DNA from: Octopus vulgaris
Lineage: Eukaryota
Direction: 5' to 3'
NCBI GenBank assembly: GCA_951406725.2
Contig: OX597816.1
Location: 147,374,001 to 147,438,000 of the forward strand
DNA: 64,000 bases
Below the pieces are notes generated by a model. The model was not told the origin of the DNA, made no database searches, and was given only the letters and a program-made list of their open reading frames with translations. The position numbers and the translations under genes were made by a program. Each line of letters starts with the position of its first letter. The stretch's first letter is position 1. Below are positions 54,620 through 64,000 of this stretch, one piece after another.

Positions 54620-55700
54620 TTTGGTCTGCAGCTGTAAAACATTCTCAAAGATCAAGGAAAAGCGACCTACTCACACTTGTGTTCCTTTCAGAATATATTT
54701 AACCCTAACTTGACTGTATTTAGCAACACTTGTGTTCAATAGATCATCCATACTTTATTCAAACAGATGTGAAGGCACTTGCAAAATTCGATTAACTTTC
54801 TGTAAACAGAATGAAAATGATGGCTACGTGAAATTTGTACTTGGAGATGAAGGACTGTAATTAGGTGTTAGAGCTTAAAATGGGGTTTGAATATGATTTG
54901 GATAAGGTGAAGGGGTAGAGGATATTAGTTTCGTAGAAGTAATAGACAGCAGCAAGCTTTGAAGAGTAGAGACCTCATCATTACTGGTAAAAAATTGAAG
55001 AGAGAATGCATCTGTGAGACTGAGGTTTAAAACTTTTCATGAGCCATTTTGCATTGATCACGTTAGATGCATTTCTTCTGACTGAATGAGTGTAGTATCA
55101 TGCTTGCCCCACATCTGAAAGCAGTGTTTAATGTGAGTCACAAGAGCTTTATATACGGCCAGTAAGTTTTAGTCAAGTGACTTTTTTGTGGCTCTGAAGA
55201 GTCATTCACTGTGATATAGTAGTCGGGATGTTGACAGTTTGCATTCATTAAAAAATATTCTCACTAATGGTAGCTATAACATTTGTAGAAACTTTGAGTA
55301 TTCTACATATGTGCTATTTGTATTTAGGATGTCATAGAATACAGCATATTTTTTCTTGATATGTGTAATATATGTTCATCTGTCAAGCTGACATTGACAG
55401 AATTTAATGAGCAAACTGGACGATTATTTAACACTGGAAGGTCTTGTCTTCAAGGATGTTTGGTTTCTGAAATTTAAGAAAGAATGAAGAGCAGTAACAG
55501 CTGCATTAGATGTGACTGATCTTAGAAGAGACGATAAGTAAGAGGTACATGTATAGTAGAAAGAAAGCGGGGCAGACAACAGACCTTCATGTGTCAAAGA
55601 TGAATTTGTCAGATTTTCCAAATACTATCTGTATCCAACAAATTTAGAGATTAAAGATGCTACGAGATTATTGCTATTTAACAATATCATCGGAACTGGA
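54620..55700 (-). mobile_element. Decayed LINE ORF2 3' region (CR1/L2/Jockey group)
   Basis: Minus-strand fragments LLAVYKAL and IKHCFQMWG resemble the post-RT LYK...EYC..VW motif. Confidence 0.5.
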
Positions 55701-56716
55701 AGTAAATGACAAAATATTGCATAGAATATATCAATCTGTAGATTCTTCCATCTCCATGTAGAAGAATTTTAGCTATCAGTTTCAAGTTCCTCTTATTTTT
55801 CTGAAATATTTTGAAATCGGTTGAACGTTACCTCTCGTAGTGAGACCAGTAATATTAAACACGAGGTAATATTAAACAACATGGCTAATATTAAACTCTA
55901 AAACGTCCGTCTATTTGCACGATGACACATGAAACTTGAAAACTGACGAATATTTGACGTCTCATTTGGTATCTCACTTGGACCTAAAACTCGAAATAAC
56001 TGTCTTGTTTATTCTAGACACGTAAAACATCTAATCTATAAGATTGTTCTGCAAGAAGGATCTACACGTGCCCCAATAAATGGACGACGGAGTCATAAAC
56101 ACATTTTCAAAAAGAAGTTGATGTATGTAAGGTTTTTAAATTAACAAGCATCATACAGTTCGACATAGTGCCACAGTATGACCATTCGATCGTATAGCAG
56201 CCAAAACATTGCATAAATCTGCATCCTGCAAGCGCAGGATAGCTTTGCTCTAGTAGCCAATTAGTTGCGTGCAGCTCAGTTTTGTTAGTAATACGTGGTT
56301 TGGACTTGGTAAACAGGATGGCTTCATATATTCTCAGATTTCCAGTGTTTTGTTGTAACAAATGATTGAAACGAATAAAACAATATATATATATATATAT
56401 ATATAAATGATATGATATATTCATATTTGTATATCTATGTATATGTATATAAGTGTTTATTTAGATCTCTCCATATATGTGCATATATCTTTGTGTGCGT
56501 GTGTGTGTATATGCATGTGTGTGTGTACGTGTGTATATGCATGTGCGTGTGTACGTGTGTGAGAATGAAATATGTAATCAAAATCATGCATCCAGCATAG
56601 GGAGTCGATCGAGCAAATAAAGGCTCCATCGTATGCTCGAATATGTTGTACTAGCCATATATGTATTAATTTTTCGATATAATAATAACGACATCTATTT
56701 ACTTCTCTCTTTTCAG

Positions 56717-56977
56717 AAACACAAAAAATGCACGCCGACAGCAAAGGCTCATGAAAAATACCGCATCGTATTTCAAGATTGCCGCAGCGTGAAGGAACAC
56801 CGCCTGAAGTTCTGTTCAAACTGTAAAGTAAATCGTTGTTGTTATCCACAAATAACACGTCATCGGACGATTGAATTTGAATGCTCCAAGCGCGAACGCG
56901 TGTTCCTATCGTTCATGTGGATTAAAAAATGCCAATGTGGACATAAATGTTACGCAAATAAAATTATTGATTCATAA
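56717..56977 (+). CDS. CCN: CCN-family protein, terminal exon: C-terminal cystine-knot (CT) module with stop codon
   Basis: Acceptor 'acttctctcttttcag|' ends at 56716, phase 0, compatible with the TSP1 exon. KHKKCTPTAKAHEKYRIVFQDCRSVKEHRLKFCSNCKVNRCCYPQITRHRTIEFECSKRERVFLSFMWIKKCQCGHKCYANKIIDS* has 10 Cys spaced as in the CTGF CT domain (KKC...C......KFCxxC....CCxP.......FxC.........IxxCxC...C). Confidence 0.94.
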   Translation, partial: KHKKCTPTAKAHEKYRIVFQDCRSVKEHRLKFCSNCKVNRCCYPQITRHRTIEFECSKRERVFLSFMWIKKCQCGHKCYANKIIDS

Positions 56978-57126
56978 CCAAACTTTCAAAGAGATCGATA
57001 AAGAAGAATATTTTATAGATGGTGACGGAGAGAAATATATAACAAAACCTCAGTTGGAGGAACATACACAGGCAGATAATATTTCATGCATTCATACATG
57101 CAATCGCATATATATTGATGATGTTT

Positions 57127-57170
<44 letters not shown>

Positions 57171-57737
57171 CTGTTACACGCATAAGATTACGTGCGTACA
57201 CTGAAAAAGAGAGACGTTACGCAAAATATATCAACGTATAATCGTATATAAATATCCATATACGTATATATATATATACATGCATATATATATATATACA
57301 TACACACATATATATATATGTATGTATGTATATATATGTATGTATATATGTATGTGTGTATGTGTGCATATGTATGCATATAAACAAGCAGACATCTACA
57401 TTTTTGTGGGTGTATAGGTGTGTGTGCATGTGTGCATATATATATATATATATATACAAATATACACATATATGTGTATGTATATATATTTATATATATA
57501 TATACGCACACATATAAAATGTATGTAAGAGTATGTGTGTTAGTAGAAAAGGAAAGGAACTCCATATTATGTGAACTATATATAATATACAAAAGTTATA
57601 TAATTTTGTTCTCTTCAATTTTTACACACGTCTAAGCGTGTATAAAATAAATAATTTACATACATATGCATGTATATAGATATATGTTTGTATATATATA
57701 TATATATTTACAGACAGGCATAGGTAGATATATGTGT

Positions 57738-57786
<49 letters not shown>

Positions 57787-57818
57787 CATATGTATGTATA
57801 TATATATATATATAAATA

Positions 57819-57875
<57 letters not shown>

Positions 57876-58861
57876 ATATATTTAAGCATTACTTGCAAAC
57901 ATATACATCAGAATGTCATAAAAATATCTTTCATGTATAACTGAGCTGATCTATGAAAATATGGAATACGAAAGACAAAGAAATATATCAGAAAAATAAC
58001 CACTAATAATAACGCAAAAAATATTGAAACTGCATCGTGCAATGGTCGTAAATGTAATATTATATTCATGAAATACTACCGAAAATATGTCTGTTGTATA
58101 AATATTAAAGATTCAGTCTGCTAAACAATGGAGAATTGAGTTCAATTAAAATTTAGATTGGTATTATAGAAATGACACGTAAAAAAAAGTTTCAGCACAA
58201 ATGCATACCTACGTTTATACATGCCTACAAACATATAGACATTCATATATAAATGCACAATGCGTATACATTATATATACATACATACATATATATATAT
58301 ATATGTGTGTATGTATGTATATATTTACACACACAAACACACACATATATATATATGCATATATATATATATATATATATATATGTTTATATATATATAT
58401 AAATATATGTACATATATATATATATATATATATACATACATAAAAATATATTCATATGTATATGATATGTACATGAACTAACTTAGACACAATACAGAC
58501 ACATACAACAAATATATATGTTTATATATATATATGAAATTATATGTGCTTGTCTATGTGAATTTTTAAATATGTAAATGCGTTATGACACTTGTATATT
58601 CCTATATTGTAGAATTACAACCTTGCATATATACACACTCACACATACACACACTCACAAACATATATACATATTGTAATATGCTGACGTGCATATATAT
58701 ATATATATACTCACATATATATGCATATGGATGTATTGTTACATATATATGTGAGTGTAGATACATTGCTGTATAAATGCATATTATATATGTCCATATA
58801 TATATATGTACATATATGTACACACACACACACCCACACACACACACACACACACACACTC

Positions 58862-58901
<40 letters not shown>

Positions 58902-59278
58902 GTGATCTGATAACTGGCACAATTCCATTGCTTCAGATGTAATGGTTATTCATCAGTGGTCAGAACACACCAGCGCAATGAGGAATTTGTATACACTTGT
59001 AGGTTCTATTATTAAAAAATAAATTGGAAAGACATGATAGCTTGAGTGTTTTCCTAAGACATAATATGCATCTTCTAAAGCAGTATCCTAGAATTGTGTT
59101 CAAGCATGCTCCAGTAATATCATTTGTCAATTACTCCACAAGTACAGCAAAAATTTAAAGCATTCTTTACATACATGTGTTTGTGAGTGTGTGTGTATGT
59201 GTATGTGTGTGCCTGTCTGTATAAATATATATATACATATATATATATATTTATACATACATACATACATACATACAT

Positions 59279-59326
<48 letters not shown>

Positions 59327-59566
59327 ATATTTATATACTTATATAAATTGTTTGTGCATTCTATTCTAATAAGAGCAATTTTACAAAATTCTGATGGGTT
59401 ACTCGTTACTTTTTTAGAGCAGAAAAGTTATTATTCCTATAAAAGAATATCTGTAAGAGCGACTTCGATATTTCTGCCAAACAAGATGGCCGAAGCTTGG
59501 AATTTTCTGTCAATAATATTCTCGTTAATGAATAATACACACACACACACACACATACACATACAT

Positions 59567-59639
<73 letters not shown>

Positions 59640-59699
59640 AAGATATATATATATACACATATGTACAGTGAGTTAGAATATTAATATATATATATTAAG

Positions 59700-59750
<51 letters not shown>

Positions 59751-60175
59751 TATGTACAGAGAGTGAGAGCTTAACGTAGACAGATAATCTGTGGGTATGG
59801 AAAAACAACATCGCTTTTGAAATATGATGTTTATTTGTAAAGTGATGAATATACGTTGTGAAGCAAGTTCGGAATATAAGTTATTAAAATTGCAAAACGA
59901 ACACCTACTACACCAGAATCTATACCAACATATTTACACACATACACAGACACATATATTCCCGCGCATAAACATGAGTGCACACCTCTGAAAGCACACC
60001 CGCAAGCACGCACGCGCACATATACATACCTATATACACAAATAAAGGAAATCTGTAAATGCACGCACGTGAGCTGTTATATGTACGACCTCGCGCACAG
60101 GCATATCCATTCAGACATTTAGTAAGTATTTAACACAATACCTATGGGCAATCTAGCTACCTATATACAGCTATA

Positions 60176-60224
<49 letters not shown>

Positions 60225-60356
60225 TACATATGTATATTGATACATATGTACATGACCGTAATCGCATAACTGAAACTTAAAAAAACATATTTACATGTAT
60301 CTATGTATATATATATAAATATATATGTATGTATATATATATATATAAATATATAC

Positions 60357-60398
<42 letters not shown>

Positions 60399-60816
60399 TA
60401 GATAACTATATATAATTACATATGCGTAATACGCACACACATATAATCGTTTGTTTTAATATAGGCTTGCATGTATAAATTGATGATTAGGGTTTTCCAT
60501 TATTAGATTATAAGATTATAAGCAATTCTTTCTAATACATTGCCCGCTGGAAAACATATGTTGAACAGATACCATGTAAGTGAAGGTGTAGGCAATTAAA
60601 ATGTACAAATTTTACGTATAACTGACATTTTTTCATACTGATGGTCAAAAATTCGGAACTGTGGACATATTGACCGTGGAAGCACTAGTCAGTAATATAT
60701 GTATACATAAATTACAGCTTTAATCATGAATATTTCCTTTGTTCTTACAATACATAGTACATAAGAAAAGGTTCGGAAGATTCTAAGTATACATACACAC
60801 TCACACACAAACACAA

Positions 60817-60853
<37 letters not shown>

Positions 60854-60929
60854 GTGCGTTACTACATAGTCTATAACAAATAGTTAGAAACTGATCTGCA
60901 GTTATAAAATATCCAAAATGTATATTATA

Positions 60930-60972
<43 letters not shown>

Positions 60973-61052
60973 TATTATTTATTATTTATTATTATTATTT
61001 ATATACACACACATATAAAATGTATATGCGGAAAGATATATAAAAATATATG

Positions 61053-61125
<73 letters not shown>

Positions 61126-61537
61126 AGCAATATTTGTAGTTACGTACATACATATTCAAACACACACACATACGACTTTGAAACGTAGGATTATTTACTG
61201 CAAGTAAGCTACCTCTATATCCATGTTAGTGCTAGTATGAAATGTGTCATTATAGATTAGAGATAGAGCCATATTATACGATATGTATTTCTCCAATATA
61301 TGTTTGTGTGTGTGTGTGTGTTCATGTATGTATTAGTATATATGCATTTATGAATATATATATCTGTTTTTGTAGAGTTGTGTATTAAGTTATCTAGAAT
61401 CTAGGCATGTAACAATTATTAAGAACCCCATATTATGCATTATAATTCGAAGTCCACCCGTAAATAATTCATAGTTGATGTTTAACATACACGTAAAGCA
61501 AAGATGCGTGTGCAGATCTTATAAGATATGTGGGGTA

Positions 61538-62408
<871 letters not shown>

Positions 62409-63040
62409 ATACAGCGATTATTTAACCAAAGAAAAACAAGGTACACTTATTACAAAATGCAATATTATCTGAATATAAATGTATGAATAGCGCAGAAATT
62501 AGCACTTCATCAGATGAGGAATATGAAAAATATATACTTGTCGTGTCCAATTAGATTAAAAGTGCAAAACTCAAACACGATACATAACGAATTCATATAT
62601 TAATATATATAATTAAAACAAAGATTACACTTAGTTTAATAATTATTTATTTATTTTACTTTTACTTTTTATGAACACATAGATTCTCTGATAAACTCAT
62701 ACGTTAGTTTTATGTTATTCCTCTCACGAAAAGCTTAGTTCCGCTCCACTGAGACAACTGTAAGCTCGTGAATAATTTGATGAATTTACCTTGATATATT
62801 ATATGTATTCCTAGAGACAGACACACACACATATGTGTGTGTGTGAGTGTACGTGAGCGCGTGTGTATGTGTATACTTACACGTACACACACACACGCAC
62901 ACTCACACATATATATATATATGTATATAGATATTATATATATACATATACATGCCTATACGTATATGTATACATACATGAATGTATATATATATATATA
63001 TATCTGAATACATACACACACATGTATATATACGTATACA

Positions 63041-63083
<43 letters not shown>

Positions 63084-63739
63084 ATATATGCATACATATC
63101 TATACCAGAGGGAGAGAGAGAAAGATTCTAAGAAGCAACTTCTGCAGATTCATCTTTTCATCAACATCTCATTTTTGTATATGTTTCGGAGTTCCCGTAA
63201 TTTACCGCTACCCGCATTTATTTTGATTTGCTTATATATATATATATATATATGCAGCAGTTTCAAGTCTTATAATATATTATTGAGAATGCATAGTTTG
63301 CCGTAAAATTTCCTGAGTTAAAGTTTTGAAATTATCAACAATTTAATTGGACGTATGGAAGTATTTCAATATGTATAACCAAAAGATTACGACGGCAACT
63401 AATTTAAGAATATGAATAACTATAAAACAGGAGGGGAAAGTACTTAGATAGAAGGAAAGACGGAGAGGGGTAGAAAGCAGAAAGAGAGAAAATAATATAC
63501 ATATATTTTAAATATTTATTTTATATCACAGTATATGAATTAGAGTAATCAGAGTAATTAAGAGTAGTACTCTTTAAAATGTCCCTTAATCTATCATATC
63601 GTTTTATATACAGAATATATAAAATGATGGAAGAGAAAACGTGAATGAGTGTATAAATTTGTAAATGACAAAGAAATAATATGATGATAAATTATTGAAC
63701 AAGAAGAAAACATTCTTCATACTATTTCTCTGTGATTTA

Positions 63740-63915
63740 TAAATTCCTATATCCTTGTTTTCTCTCCTTGTTTTCTGTGTCCCTTTCAGTAGAAGAGCGT
63801 AGGCTCGAAACGTAAAAGACTGTTAGTATTCCTGAGCGTTATACTAATACATCTGTTTGCTTTGTTCACCACCTGTCTTCGTCTTTTGTTTTCTTCGTAA
63901 ACTCTCCCTATATAT
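63740..63915 (+). mobile_element. Penelope-pLTR-like repeat with a variant hammerhead motif (63783-63818), ending in TA
   Basis: cttt-CAGTAGAA-gagc[gtag]gctc-GAAAC-GTA-aaag. The downstream part matches 44317-44385. Confidence 0.65.
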
Positions 63916-64000
63916 ATTTATACATATACATATAACAATACAAAATCTTTAATTTTAGGATTTAAAAAAAATATGCTAGACCACTGGTTCTAATTGATTA

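Larger units (their letters stand above)
36778..56716 (+). other. Last intron of the CCN gene (~19.9 kb, GT-AG, phase 0)
   Basis: GTAAGA donor, polypyrimidine+CAG acceptor, and an in-frame join giving ...RPCGEVVKSE|KHKKC..., which mirrors the vertebrate TSP1|CT junction. Confidence 0.85.

Noticed and set aside
55851-55897. Three taatattaaac repeats with short variable spacers
   Set aside because: Too short and AT-rich for a CRISPR array, in a eukaryotic context with no cas genes. Slippage duplication explains it.
57646-57651. AATAAA as the CCN polyadenylation signal
   Set aside because: Many such hexamers occur in this AT-rich DNA, and none can be singled out without transcript data.

Overview
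AT-rich, microsatellite-saturated animal genomic DNA. The SINE and retroelement types suggest an octopus or other coleoid cephalopod (inference). Almost all listed ORFs are translations of (TA)n, (CA)n, (TACA)n or (TAA)n repeats. The only host gene I can support is the 3' part of a CCN-family (CTGF/CYR61/NOV-like) matricellular protein gene on the + strand. It has a hinge+TSP1 exon at 36566-36777 and a terminal cystine-knot exon at 56717-56977, joined by a ~19.9 kb phase-0 GT-AG intron; I found no IGFBP or VWC exons in the window. The rest is intronic or 3' flanking DNA filled with decayed transposons: Chapaev3-like, Tc1/mariner, a MITE, a Helitron, RTE, CR1-like and Penelope-like elements, and several SINE families. 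The most interesting signal outside the ORF track is a dispersed set of short, non-coding repeats next to (TA)n arrays that carry minimal type-I hammerhead-ribozyme folds (Penelope pLTR / retrozyme-like). One has a fully canonical core at 23470-23522. Several sit in inverted or palindromic arrangements. There are also two apparent templated local duplications at retroelement junctions.
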